Below are positions 1 through 9,024 of a stretch of 39,947 nt of DNA, in pieces. The stretch spans positions 1 through 39,947 of IMG/VR virus record IMGVR_UViG_3300016722_000138; one strand, written 5' to 3'. Source of the stretch: a virus. Its lineage: Duplodnaviria > Caudoviricetes. How positions within the stretch are numbered: the first letter of the stretch is position 1; the number at the start of each line of letters is the position of its first letter. Made by a program: the position numbers and the translations under genes. The notes beneath the pieces were generated by a model that made no database searches, was not told the origin of the DNA, and worked only from the letters and a program-made list of their open reading frames with translations.

Positions 1-381
1 TTATTTCGTCTTCAAGAGGCTGATGGTCGCTTCGATTTGAGTGGTTAACCACGATTCCAAGTCGCCGAAATTGGTCGTGATATAGCTTCTCACTTCCTCT
101 GACAACTCTTTCAAGGCTAGATCCTTGGCCTTTGTGAGGGCCGTGGCTTGGGCTGTGGCGTCGAAGGTTCCGCTCTTCTTCAATGAATCGACGTAGGTTT
201 GAAAAACGCAACGTACCGCGCTTGTGACGATATTCGTTGCGTCCTCTAGGAACTTGGCCGATTGCTTGTCGCTGATCTTCTTGTTGATGAGCTTTATCAA
301 TTGCGCGCCCGCGATAGATATAAGAGGTAGGACCACTACGGTCACCACCACCGATATGATGTTAATTAAGATGTCGTTCAT
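1..381 (-). CDS. Phage holin, LL-H-like family
   Basis: 126 aa with one N-terminal TM helix, then the LL-H-like C-terminus (AV..V.QTYVD.LKK.G.FD...QIEA.I). Last gene of the late operon. Confidence 0.7.
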   Translation of the reverse strand: MNDILINIISVVVTVVVLPLISIAGAQLIKLINKKISDKQSAKFLEDATNIVTSAVRCVFQTYVDSLKKSGTFDATAQATALTKAKDLALKELSEEVRSYITTNFGDLESWLTTQIEATISLLKTK

Positions 382-680
382 TTTTTTATCCCTCCTGAGT
401 GGATTGCTTTGTTTCTGACATGGTTGTCGAGTTCGCTCTCGACCTTGACGATTCTTTCCTTCAATGTGGAGTTTTCCTCCTGAAGTTTATCGATCGACTT
501 TTCAATTCGATCAATCGAGGATTTGATATAGCCGATGTCGGATATGAGGACTCCCTCATTCTTCCCTTCGGCCTTGTTCTCGGTCTTGTTACCGCGCTTG
601 AAGGCGAGGTAGGCAAACATTATGGACGACAAGGTTCCGGCAACCGATATGATGGTCAACACGATTTCTATTGAGCTCAT
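378..680 (-). CDS. Holin-like/XhlA-type membrane protein with coiled coil
   Basis: N-terminal TM segment plus coiled coil (IGYIKSSIDRIEK...ERIVKVES). ATGA overlaps on both sides; lysis-module position. Confidence 0.6.
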   Translation of the reverse strand: MSSIEIVLTIISVAGTLSSIMFAYLAFKRGNKTENKAEGKNEGVLISDIGYIKSSIDRIEKSIDKLQEENSTLKERIVKVESELDNHVRNKAIHSGGIKK

Positions 681-1276
681 GATTTGCCACCTCCTTCGAT
701 GTATTCGTTGAATGAGTCGATAATTGTCTGGAACTCGGATAGTGCGCTTTTGTCTAGGGTTTTGTAATCAGACCTGTAGGCGCTTATCTTATCGAGCGTC
801 TTTTTGCTGAGAGTTCCACCAAACGTTCCGGTCTTAACGTAATTATCCAGATATCCTTTTATCTGATAGAGATGATAGAGGTTCTTGTTCACTGACTTGA
901 ATTCGATGTAACGAGAGAAATAGTCAATGCATTTCCTGAGGTAATCCTTAAGATGAGCCGGCCAGTCTATCTGGACCAGTTTCTTGAACTCCTCCTCGAA
1001 ATCAGGATCGATGACCTCGATGTTGTCTAGGGCATGGAAGGTGTCGATGTTGTAGACAACGAAGTAATCCGGAAGCTCGTCGCCGAACGCCAGACGCTTC
1101 TTGTAATCCTCCAACCCATAGATGAAATAGTCCTCTTCCTCGTCGTGGATGCATGCCTGGCCATGGTAATCGTCAAGGATCATGACGTGATCATGGTCGC
1201 TTCCGTCCTTGGCTAGGCCAAAGGCGTCGGATCCGGCTCTGTATTTGACGAGGATCTTATGGTTTAAGAAGTTCAT
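677..1276 (-). CDS. Pol-beta-superfamily nucleotidyltransferase (RlaP/PF10127-like)
   Basis: GSDAFGL...SDHD motif (GS-x-DxD). Start moved to the ATG at 1276, which has a GGAGG RBS and an ATGA overlap with the upstream gene. Confidence 0.65.
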   Translation of the reverse strand: MNFLNHKILVKYRAGSDAFGLAKDGSDHDHVMILDDYHGQACIHDEEEDYFIYGLEDYKKRLAFGDELPDYFVVYNIDTFHALDNIEVIDPDFEEEFKKLVQIDWPAHLKDYLRKCIDYFSRYIEFKSVNKNLYHLYQIKGYLDNYVKTGTFGGTLSKKTLDKISAYRSDYKTLDKSALSEFQTIIDSFNEYIEGGGKS

Positions 1277-2076
1277 GATTTTGTCCCTCCATGATTGAAA
1301 AGATAGATGAAATAGACCTTGTGGGTGGAATCCGCCAACGTAAGACATAATCTTCCGTCGCTAAGCCATTCGGCGAACAAGGTGTAGTTGGTGTTCAAAA
1401 TCGAATAAGTGGCCGAGAAAGACGAGCCTTGGAGTAAGCCCATCCCTGGAATATAGCAGACTGAATCGAGGAATTTTATTCCGATTAGACAGTATTTGAC
1501 GTAGTTTTTGTTGCAGGTCACGTAGCGGTATTTCCCGCTGGCCGTGATGTTGTATGTCGGAACACACGAATATCCATACATCTCCTCGGCCTTGGTCTGG
1601 AAGCTGGCGATCGCCTGATCGGCCAGCTGGTTGGAAGGGACGATGAGGTTCGGCGAATAGCTGGAATCCAACGTGATGGAGGATGTCGTCTTGGTGTACT
1701 TGCATAAAGCGAACTGATAGACGTTACCGCCATTCAATAGGTCGTTCTGAGTAAGGGTGATCGGCGACGATGATTCAATTTTCCCTAGCACCGCCGTGTT
1801 GTTTGAGAGAGTGACCGTTATTACGATTGCGCCATACATAGCCGAATCGAGCGCGACGTAGACTTGGCTACCGGCCTCGATGAACATCCTGCGCCCGTAG
1901 ATCTGGACGTATCCGCTTTGGAACGTTATGTAGTTGTTCGAGACGCTGGCCGAGCACTGACCGCCGAGCCCCTTGATGATTCCCGAAGGAATCAGGCCGA
2001 CGATGTGATGATTTAATGAAGCGTCCTGATCGGCCGATACGCTTGAGCCGTCGAATGTAATTTTAATTAACCCCAT
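1273..2076 (-). CDS. Baseplate/minor tail structural protein
   Basis: Follows the hub gene; beta-rich; N-terminus like siphophage baseplate proteins (GYVQIYGRR...LTQNDL..G.VYQFAL). Confidence 0.6.
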   Translation of the reverse strand: MGLIKITFDGSSVSADQDASLNHHIVGLIPSGIIKGLGGQCSASVSNNYITFQSGYVQIYGRRMFIEAGSQVYVALDSAMYGAIVITVTLSNNTAVLGKIESSSPITLTQNDLLNGGNVYQFALCKYTKTTSSITLDSSYSPNLIVPSNQLADQAIASFQTKAEEMYGYSCVPTYNITASGKYRYVTCNKNYVKYCLIGIKFLDSVCYIPGMGLLQGSSFSATYSILNTNYTLFAEWLSDGRLCLTLADSTHKVYFIYLFNHGGTKS

Positions 2077-2080
2077 GGTT

Positions 2081-3136
2081 TTATCTCCTTTGAAGTAGCT
2101 TGATTTTGTCGGTGAGCTTCACCCTGTATTCGCCTAGGACGACGGAGCAGGAATAAAAGCCGTTTTTGAAAGATAGCTGGGTGACCATGGTCTCGTAGGT
2201 TTTGCTTTTGCCAACGAACTCCACGAAGTCTCCTAGATTGAAATTTTGAAAAGGAACGATTATATCGTTGTCAACTGACAAATTGAACTCGATCGAATGC
2301 TCGAGGTTGCTTTTTAGAAGCTCGCTCTGTGCCTTTGTGAGAAGCGTCGAATAGTCGCTGTCGCTGTAGAACTCACTCACAAGCTTCACGTATGGATAAC
2401 GCTTGTCGCTGTATGAGTTGGTCGTGACCGTCCCGTCGGTCAGAAGATAATAGGAAACGACGCTCCTATACGAGGAGTTGTCGTCCTTCGGATAGAAGAC
2501 GATCTTATTCGTGATCTGCTTCTTGGAATCGGCGATTTTGAGGTCTGTGATTACTGGAAGGTTGTGCTTGATGACAAGCCCTTTCGTGACCGCGCCGATG
2601 TTGACGTCTATGCCGGTTATCTTCCCTCCGGAATAGACGAGCGAATACGTGTATCTGATCCCGTAACTTTTCGCTAAAGTTTCCGATAGCTCGGAAAGAT
2701 TGGCCAGTTCGCTTCCGTCGTAGGTCAGGCTCCCGGTTATCGAGGCATATACATAAACCGATAAATACGAGAGGTTCTGCTTGCTATCGGAATTGGTCTT
2801 ATAGGTCGCCTTTATCAGGTTCGATAAGAACGTACAGAGGTTACCGCTATACGAGGAGACCAAAACATCCAGATCGAAAAGCGATCCAAAGTCGTTGACC
2901 TCAACTTCGGTCTTGATGCCCTTCTCGACGGTCATGGTGTCTAGTATTCCTATGAAAGAGAACGAGACGCCCCTGATGATGACGATGTCGCCGATGTCGG
3001 CGTTGATCCCCACCTTGTTGACCGTGAACTTGGACTTCTGGTAGACCACGGAATCGAGGACTATCTCGAAATCCTCACCCACTATGGCGTTGTCCTTGTA
3101 AGACAAAGTCTTAAAATCCAAAAACAATAGCTCCAT
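2081..3136 (-). CDS. Tail hub/Tal-like baseplate protein without an obvious lytic domain
   Basis: Follows Dit; 351 aa; C-terminal F.LGD.V motif typical of hub proteins. Confidence 0.65.
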   Translation of the reverse strand: MELLFLDFKTLSYKDNAIVGEDFEIVLDSVVYQKSKFTVNKVGINADIGDIVIIRGVSFSFIGILDTMTVEKGIKTEVEVNDFGSLFDLDVLVSSYSGNLCTFLSNLIKATYKTNSDSKQNLSYLSVYVYASITGSLTYDGSELANLSELSETLAKSYGIRYTYSLVYSGGKITGIDVNIGAVTKGLVIKHNLPVITDLKIADSKKQITNKIVFYPKDDNSSYRSVVSYYLLTDGTVTTNSYSDKRYPYVKLVSEFYSDSDYSTLLTKAQSELLKSNLEHSIEFNLSVDNDIIVPFQNFNLGDFVEFVGKSKTYETMVTQLSFKNGFYSCSVVLGEYRVKLTDKIKLLQRR

Positions 3137-3137
3137 A

Positions 3138-3968
3138 TCAGTTGCCCTCGTACATTTCCAAGAACTGGAACTTGCATGTGGTCTTCTCGCTCACTCCCGG
3201 ATCGAAGCGGACTTTGAATGTCCCCGGATCCAGAAAGAGGAAGTTGTCGCACGTGAAGTCCTGATCCTGATATATGTTGGTGGTCACCCCATTGACGGTT
3301 TTGCTCATCTCCTGATCCACCACCTCCGCGTTCAACACGATGACATCGCTCGCGTTTGCGGTCGAGACCATCATCCTCATCTTCGAGACGACGACGTCGT
3401 TCTTGATGATCTCGATTGTCGGATTTGATGTTTTCCCAAGTATCTCGACCCTTACCGGAGCCTTGTAACTGCCGTTATTAGTGACGGTTATCTCGCCGTT
3501 GTAGGAGGTCGAGTAAACGAATGGGTATTTGAATGCGAACACCTTATTGGTGGTGCTTTCGTTCACGTTTATGGTGTTTGTGACCTTCGAGAGCCACATC
3601 GATAGCTTGTCGAATTTGACCGAGGACTGAAGCACGCCGTAGGCGATGTCGCTCTTTGAAAGGGAGACGAGCTCGACGTAGATGTACTTCAAAGTGTCGG
3701 CCTTGTAGAAAAGCCTGAAGGAGCCTTGCGCCTTCCTCAGGTAATTGAGGAAACTTGTGTAGCCCTCATAGGCGTCTAGGAAGACGATGGTCCCGCTGAT
3801 CTCGGTCTTGGGATTGTCCCTTTTCGCGAGTTTGTAGGTTCCGTCGAAATTGAGATAGGTGTTGTCCCTCTCCACTCCCAGCCCCTCGACGTCCACCAGA
3901 TAGGTGTTGGTCGATTTGCCGAAGGTGAAGGTGGCGCCTATTTCGTCGACTAAATATAGTTGTCTCAT
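3138..3968 (-). CDS. Distal tail protein (Dit)
   Basis: Immediately after the tape measure gene; motifs F.YPF.Y, V.N.G...AP..I.I.G..SNP and FL.L.PG. Confidence 0.8.
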   Translation of the reverse strand: MRQLYLVDEIGATFTFGKSTNTYLVDVEGLGVERDNTYLNFDGTYKLAKRDNPKTEISGTIVFLDAYEGYTSFLNYLRKAQGSFRLFYKADTLKYIYVELVSLSKSDIAYGVLQSSVKFDKLSMWLSKVTNTINVNESTTNKVFAFKYPFVYSTSYNGEITVTNNGSYKAPVRVEILGKTSNPTIEIIKNDVVVSKMRMMVSTANASDVIVLNAEVVDQEMSKTVNGVTTNIYQDQDFTCDNFLFLDPGTFKVRFDPGVSEKTTCKFQFLEMYEGN

Positions 3969-6259
3969 AAGTAGTCATCTCCTAACTGCCTGTTGAGCGC
4001 GTCAACGTCGACCTCCGAGGAAGTCGTGTTGACGGTGATGTTGTTGGTCGTCTGGTTGTTCGTCGTGTTGCTCGAGCTTGATGAGCCACCGCCGAGGTTG
4101 AATGTGTCAGAGAACCAACTGTCGATGTTGCCGAACAGGTCGCCAAGCCAGCCAAAGGCTGAGTTGACCTTGTCGAGTAGCCATTTGATGGCCTCGATGA
4201 TCTTGTTGAGGATCGTCAGGATCGGCTCGAGGATCTGGAACAGGACGTTCAATACCGGGACGATGACCGCCTGGATTATGTTGGCGATCACCATGAGGAC
4301 CGGCGAAATGGCGTCGATTATGGCGAATACCCCCTGAAGCAATATGAGCAAAGGCTGTAAAAGCACGTTTATTAATGGCGAAAGGAGGTCCATGACCACC
4401 GAAATGACGTCGATGATCATCGTGATGATCTCCAAGATCGGCTTGAGTATGGCCATAATGATCTCGAGGATAGGCGTCAGTATCTCGCCGACGATGTCGA
4501 TAACCTGGACTATGAGGTCGATGATGACGCCCAAGATATCGCCAATCACGGAAATGATGTCGATGATGACCGAGAGAATCGAGTCTATAAGTTTGGTCGC
4601 AACTTCGATTATCTGAACGACCAGATCGATGATTATCTTGATGATTTCGCTGATCGGGACGAGCAGTTGCTTGATTATGCCGATGATCGGAATGAGGACG
4701 TTTGTGAGGTCGTTGCAGATCTCCTTGATGATTGGTATAAGGTCGTTGATTATCCCGACGATCACATTAATTAGGTCGATGATTGGGTCAAGGATGTCCA
4801 TAAGGAGCCCAACCACCAAATCGATGACGGTCTCCAACACATCCACCACCGCGTTGATGATCGGCATCAAGGCGCTGACGACGGCCGAGACGAGTTCCAT
4901 GACTTTGTCGATGAGTCCTCCCAAGACGTCCATGATGGTCGATAGGAGTTTTTTGAACTTGTCGTTTTTAAGAAGCAGGACGGCTAAAATCGCTATGAGC
5001 GCCAGCCACCATTTCCCTGCCACTTGGCTGACTATGTTGAGCGCTTTGACCGTGGCCACCGCGCTTTTTATCATCGGAACTATCTTCCCGACTATGGTTA
5101 GAATCGGACCAATGGAAGCGAGAACCCCAACCAAGACGCCGATGAAAACCTTAGTGGTAGACGACAGGTTGTGCCATGCCTCTATCCACTTCTTGACGGT
5201 CGGCACGATCTTCTCTTGGATCACCTTGGCGATCGTGCTGATGACAGGCACCACCTCGACCGCCACGGCATAGCCGAGGCTGGACAAGGAAAGCTTGAGA
5301 TTCGCAATCTGATCGGTGAAAGCGCCTGCTATTTCGGCTTGCTCGTCCGTGACGATCCCTAGTTCCTTAGCTTCGTCCCTGAGGTTTGAAATCTCGTCGG
5401 ACGTGGCTGTGAGAACCTGAGTAAGCTCCCCGCCGAGTTTGTCGCCGAATATCTCGTTTGCCACCGCCGTTCTCGTGGCTTCGTCGCCTATCCCGGCCAA
5501 TGCGTCCCTCAGCTTAGAAAAGGCTTGGTCGGTGTTCAAACCGGCCAAATCCTCCACCGTGAGGCCGACGAGCTTCAGCTTCTCTGCTAAAGCAGTCGTG
5601 TTGCCAGAGGCAATGTCGCCAAGCATCGAGTTGACCTTGACGAAGGCCTTTTGCATCGAATTGGTGTCGACGGCGAGTATAGAGCAGGCGTGGGCCCACT
5701 CCTGATAAGCCTCTGCGGATAGGTAGACCTTAGAGGCGTTGTCCGCTATTTCGTCAGCGGAATTCATCGATTTGACCGTAAGGGCAGTCAAAGCAGTGAC
5801 CGCCCCTGCGATAGGAACGGTCACGTATTTGGTTAAATTGGATCCGACTTTGGCCAGCTTGTCCCACTTGGCGTTGCCGAGGGCGTCTATCTTCTTGGCG
5901 GTCATTCCGAGCTCGTTGTTGAGTTTTGAGACTTCTGCCTCGGTGTACGTGACACCGCGCTTCATCTTGTTGAACTCCTCTTCGCTCATCGCGCCGATGG
6001 ATACTGCCTTCTTCGCCTCTTCCAGCCTTTGGTTCTGGGCATCGAGTTTCTGCTTTGTCGCCTCGAGGGTGGCGTTCAGCGTGGCTTGTTTCTGCTTCCA
6101 GAGGTCGATGTTGGTTGAATCGTATTTGAGGCCGTTGTTGATGGTCTTTAACTCGGCGTTCTGCTCTTTGAGGTTTCCCTTGAGCTCAGTCAGCTTCGTA
6201 TCGAGTTCCGACGTATCAAGCCCTAACTTGATGTTAAGGCCCTTTACTGTTTCTGCCAC
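3965..6259 (-). CDS. Tail tape measure protein
   Basis: Coiled-coil N-terminus (KGLNIKLGLDT) and an amphipathic Ile/Leu-rich C-terminal half with ~11-residue periodicity. GTG start at 6259 after AAGGAGGTG. Confidence 0.9.
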   Translation of the reverse strand: MAETVKGLNIKLGLDTSELDTKLTELKGNLKEQNAELKTINNGLKYDSTNIDLWKQKQATLNATLEATKQKLDAQNQRLEEAKKAVSIGAMSEEEFNKMKRGVTYTEAEVSKLNNELGMTAKKIDALGNAKWDKLAKVGSNLTKYVTVPIAGAVTALTALTVKSMNSADEIADNASKVYLSAEAYQEWAHACSILAVDTNSMQKAFVKVNSMLGDIASGNTTALAEKLKLVGLTVEDLAGLNTDQAFSKLRDALAGIGDEATRTAVANEIFGDKLGGELTQVLTATSDEISNLRDEAKELGIVTDEQAEIAGAFTDQIANLKLSLSSLGYAVAVEVVPVISTIAKVIQEKIVPTVKKWIEAWHNLSSTTKVFIGVLVGVLASIGPILTIVGKIVPMIKSAVATVKALNIVSQVAGKWWLALIAILAVLLLKNDKFKKLLSTIMDVLGGLIDKVMELVSAVVSALMPIINAVVDVLETVIDLVVGLLMDILDPIIDLINVIVGIINDLIPIIKEICNDLTNVLIPIIGIIKQLLVPISEIIKIIIDLVVQIIEVATKLIDSILSVIIDIISVIGDILGVIIDLIVQVIDIVGEILTPILEIIMAILKPILEIITMIIDVISVVMDLLSPLINVLLQPLLILLQGVFAIIDAISPVLMVIANIIQAVIVPVLNVLFQILEPILTILNKIIEAIKWLLDKVNSAFGWLGDLFGNIDSWFSDTFNLGGGSSSSSNTTNNQTTNNITVNTTSSEVDVDALNRQLGDDYL

Positions 6260-6274
6260 GTTAACCACCTCCTT

Positions 6275-6484
6275 CTAAAGTAAAAAGTTATCGATGTCCT
6301 TCTGTGTTGCCTTTCGTGTCGTTTCACCCGCACTCCCTTTGAGCATCTTCGACTGGATATCCACTATTTCTAGGTAGGTCCCGATGTCGAAAAGCTCGGC
6401 ATCACGTAAGGGAATGCCGAGTTGAGCCAGATTGAAGATTATGTTCGCCGTGGGGCTATGGCTATCAACTGGCCCTTCGCTAGG
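6275..6484 (-). CDS. Tail assembly chaperone frameshift extension (gpGT-like C-terminal part)
   Basis: Open +1 frame with no upstream start codon of its own, ending RKATQKDIDNFLL*, a typical gpT-like ending. Entry at CCC-TAG (6485-6480). Confidence 0.7.
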   Translation of the reverse strand, partial: PSEGPVDSHSPTANIIFNLAQLGIPLRDAELFDIGTYLEIVDIQSKMLKGSAGETTRKATQKDIDNFLL

Positions 6485-6827
6485 GATTGGACGGACTTTT
6501 GCTACCCTCCTTATAAGGGGTTAGAAGTTCGCCGATCGTCTTTGCTAAGAGTTGGAGCGAATCGACGTCGCTGATAATAGAGAAGTCGAAATCGTCCAAG
6601 AATTCGTCGTATGTTTTGCTCGTGTATGGCCTATGCAAGATATAGGTGATCCTGAAGATTACGTCGATGATCTTCGATACCTCTTCCTCGCTTTTGTCCT
6701 TTAAACCGTCTAGAAGCTTGACGTCACCGAATAGCTCACTGCCAAACACCTCTCGGTATTTGATGATGGTCCCCAATGACGCCTTGAGCTTATAGTCGCG
6801 CCCAGCTAATTTGATTGTCTTTTCCAT
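6480..6827 (-). CDS. Tail assembly chaperone (gpG-like)
   Basis: Between the major tail and tape measure genes; MEKTIKL...KLKAS...YRE.FG..LF.D pattern. Confidence 0.8.
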   Translation of the reverse strand: MEKTIKLAGRDYKLKASLGTIIKYREVFGSELFGDVKLLDGLKDKSEEEVSKIIDVIFRITYILHRPYTSKTYDEFLDDFDFSIISDVDSLQLLAKTIGELLTPYKEGSKSPSNP

Positions 6828-6832
6828 GTCTC

Positions 6833-7408
6833 TTATTCCTCAATGGTAGGAACGACCGGAGCCACGGTTAGGAAAGACTCATAGTTGGCGTCGCCAAGGC
6901 ATGAGGTGACATGGGTAGTCGAGTATTTGCTATTAATAGCAATTGGTCTCGAAGTGATATTGAGAGTGATCGCGTTGACCTCGATTGAATCGGCCTTGGT
7001 CTTGCTTGATTCGTTGATCGGTGTTACCGAGCAGAGATAGAACCAGATTCGACGGGCTTTGAGGTCTCCTTGGATCTCAAATCCAAGGGCGAAAGTGACC
7101 GGTTGGGCATTCGTGATTTCCACGATGTTCCCGTTGGTTAGCTTCTTGTATCCGAGGATATCGACTTTGAATTCGTCGGTAAGTTCGGTGAGTTTTAAGG
7201 TCAAGGTTCGCCCTGCTAATTGGCTGAGCGATAGGATGATTTGGTCATCCGCGTTGACATTGGTGGATCCTCCAACGATGTCGTTGGTGAATTCCTGAGC
7301 GCCCGGAAGGCTTACCGGGGTTGTGAACGTCCACTTCCCGTCGGTGGCTTCTGTGGCCTTAGAGTAATAGACGTTTTTTAATCCATACGTAACTTTGTTA
7401 TTTGGCAT
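6833..7408 (-). CDS. Major tail protein (phi13-like family)
   Basis: NKV.YGLKNVYY, ADD and FALGFEI.GD..ARR.W.Y motifs. Confidence 0.9.
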   Translation of the reverse strand: MPNNKVTYGLKNVYYSKATEATDGKWTFTTPVSLPGAQEFTNDIVGGSTNVNADDQIILSLSQLAGRTLTLKLTELTDEFKVDILGYKKLTNGNIVEITNAQPVTFALGFEIQGDLKARRIWFYLCSVTPINESSKTKADSIEVNAITLNITSRPIAINSKYSTTHVTSCLGDANYESFLTVAPVVPTIEE

Positions 7409-7748
7409 TTAAAATTTCCTCCATGTAAATTTCATATGTTCTGTTGAGCGATTTGTCGGCGTTATGCGACTCGCTGAGTAAAGAAAAAGCCAGACCTTTG
7501 TCCAGCAGTTTCCGTTCTAGCTTCTTTTCTAGCTTTGTGTCCTTCGCCTTGGTGACGAGCGTTATCTGCACCGACGATTTGTATATGTCGGGCTTGTTGT
7601 CGCTGTATAGCGAGGGCCTTTTGGTCACTTCCTGATAGACGATGAACGGCATCGACGCGTTATCGGTTGAATCGTACGCGTTGGTTCCGTAGAACGCCTT
7701 GTTTGGAAGGACCTCCTTCAATACGGAATAGAGATCCTCAAGTTTCAT
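7398..7748 (-). CDS. Tail completion/terminator protein
   Basis: PFIVY motif, ~116 aa, directly before the major tail protein. Confidence 0.75.
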   Translation of the reverse strand: MKLEDLYSVLKEVLPNKAFYGTNAYDSTDNASMPFIVYQEVTKRPSLYSDNKPDIYKSSVQITLVTKAKDTKLEKKLERKLLDKGLAFSLLSESHNADKSLNRTYEIYMEEILNAK

Positions 7749-8138
7749 TTAGTTACCTCCGTTCCTGATTATCTGCTTTATCCCCTCCAGCATCTCCGGG
7801 GTGAACGTCTCGTAGGCCGGGCGCATGAATGGACGCGCCATGACGAACTTACCGCTCTTGTGCTTGAAGCCGAGCTCGACCAGATGGACGAGCCTCCCCT
7901 TCGTGCCTGAGGATACGAATATTGTCTTGTTAGCCCCACTACCGACGGTCGTGAGGATAAAGGAATCCGCGAGATGGTTATTTCCATAACCGCTTCTCGG
8001 GCAGTTTTCCTTGATGTAGTTGAGCACTTCGCTGGCCGTTTCGTCCAGCTTCTTCTCGACGTCGGCTTTCACATCGTCGCTGTAGTTTTCGATGATTTCG
8101 CTTAGTTTCAAAGAGAAGGAATCGAGTGACTCGCTCAT
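7749..8138 (-). CDS. HK97 gp10-like neck protein
   Basis: HLVELG and ARPFMRPAYE motifs. True start is the ATG at 8138 (ATGA overlap); the ORF-track extension to 8417 is spurious. Confidence 0.85.
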   Translation of the reverse strand: MSESLDSFSLKLSEIIENYSDDVKADVEKKLDETASEVLNYIKENCPRSGYGNNHLADSFILTTVGSGANKTIFVSSGTKGRLVHLVELGFKHKSGKFVMARPFMRPAYETFTPEMLEGIKQIIRNGGN

Positions 8139-8455
8139 GGCGTGACCTCGATGTCCGATTTGGATAGGTAGAGCTCGATGAACTGGCCGTCTATGTAGGT
8201 CCTTTCTACTTTGTAGAGCACGTCCTTGATCTGGACGAACTTCGAATCGTCGTAGAGGATCGACTGGATGACCACCTTGAGGTCTATCTTGAGCCCGAGC
8301 GATACGTTCGTGCTGTATTCTAGTTTGGTGACGCTCCTTAACGAGCCGATCACCTCTTTCTTCGATGTGACGACGTTTGTTTTGTTCCCTATGTCGTCGA
8401 GGGATGAGGCCACGCATAGCAGTGAGAGGCGGGAGTTCGGTGAGTTTGGAAACAT
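8135..8455 (-). CDS. Head closure/head-tail adaptor (SPP1 gp16-like)
   Basis: D.IGN, SV...EY and Y.V.RTY...IELY motifs; position. Confidence 0.8.
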   Translation of the reverse strand: MFPNSPNSRLSLLCVASSLDDIGNKTNVVTSKKEVIGSLRSVTKLEYSTNVSLGLKIDLKVVIQSILYDDSKFVQIKDVLYKVERTYIDGQFIELYLSKSDIEVTP

Positions 8456-8460
8456 GAAGA

Positions 8461-8754
8461 CTACACCTCTGATGTCAGGGCTAATTGCCTAAGCAAGAAG
8501 TCGAAACTTGAAGGCAGTTCCTTCACGCTTCCGTCATTCTTAAAGCCATAGAAGGTCTTGCAGTAAATTAATACCAAAGCCTCGGCCAGGCCGTTTTCAC
8601 TATAAGCGACATCATCCTTCACCCCAGCTGAGCGAATCAGACTGAAGCAGGCGTTGATGTGAAGCGCTAGCTCATCGTCCGCGTATGTCTCTTCGAGAGG
8701 GATCATAAGGGACTTTTTGACTTTACTTTCGATATTGGTTATATCATGACTCAT
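8461..8754 (-). CDS. Head-tail connector (HK97 gp6-like)
   Basis: VKKSL.I.....DDEL..I.A...I..AGV...A...YCK..YG pattern; position after capsid. Confidence 0.8.
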   Translation of the reverse strand: MSHDITNIESKVKKSLMIPLEETYADDELALHINACFSLIRSAGVKDDVAYSENGLAEALVLIYCKTFYGFKNDGSVKELPSSFDFLLRQLALTSEV

Positions 8755-8795
8755 ACCTGAACACTCCTTTCATTACATTTGTTGTTTACCTACCG

Positions 8796-9024
8796 TTCAT
8801 TGTTCCGTTTTACTCATACTCGGTTCATTTCATTATTCCTTTTTACTTGTACTCATTTCATTTCATTGTTCCTTTCTACTCACTTAGCATCGTCACGCCA
8901 GAGCCCCGAAGGGATAACCACACTTGGTTCGATTTCGTTGTACCTTTTTACTCTTACTCTTTTCCGTTCATTGTACTTTTTTACTTTTACTTCTTTCTTT
9001 TCATTGTACCTTTTTACTTGTTAC
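8796..9024 (-). repeat. Non-coding degenerate tandem repeat: 2 x 3 units of 33 nt, core GTAAAAAGGWACAATGAA on the - strand
   Basis: Cores (+ strand TTCRTTRTWC...TAC) start at 8796, 8829, 8862, 8934, 8967 and 9000. The two triplets are separated by a 39-nt insert containing CCC-TTCG-GGG. Confidence 0.9.

Noticed and set aside
3993-6278. Long + strand ORFs opposite the tape measure gene (and similar shadow ORFs over terminase, portal, metK and the recombinases)
   Set aside because: Antisense or alternate-frame shadows caused by codon bias; no RBS or recognisable motifs.
7749-8417. ORF-track N-terminal extensions (also 1348, 17100, 17967, 18344, 19387, 22738)
   Set aside because: They overlap upstream genes extensively; downstream starts have good RBSs or stop-start overlaps.
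8790-9020. - strand VKRYNE-repeat frame readable if TGA = Trp (genetic code 4)
   Set aside because: Many genes here clearly end in TGA with ATGA overlaps, and the frame is closed by TAA just upstream with no start.
8796-9024. CRISPR array, TIGR array or DGR template interpretation of the 33-nt repeats
   Set aside because: Variable parts are only ~9 nt and resemble each other. No cas, Nop-domain or reverse transcriptase gene is present in the window.
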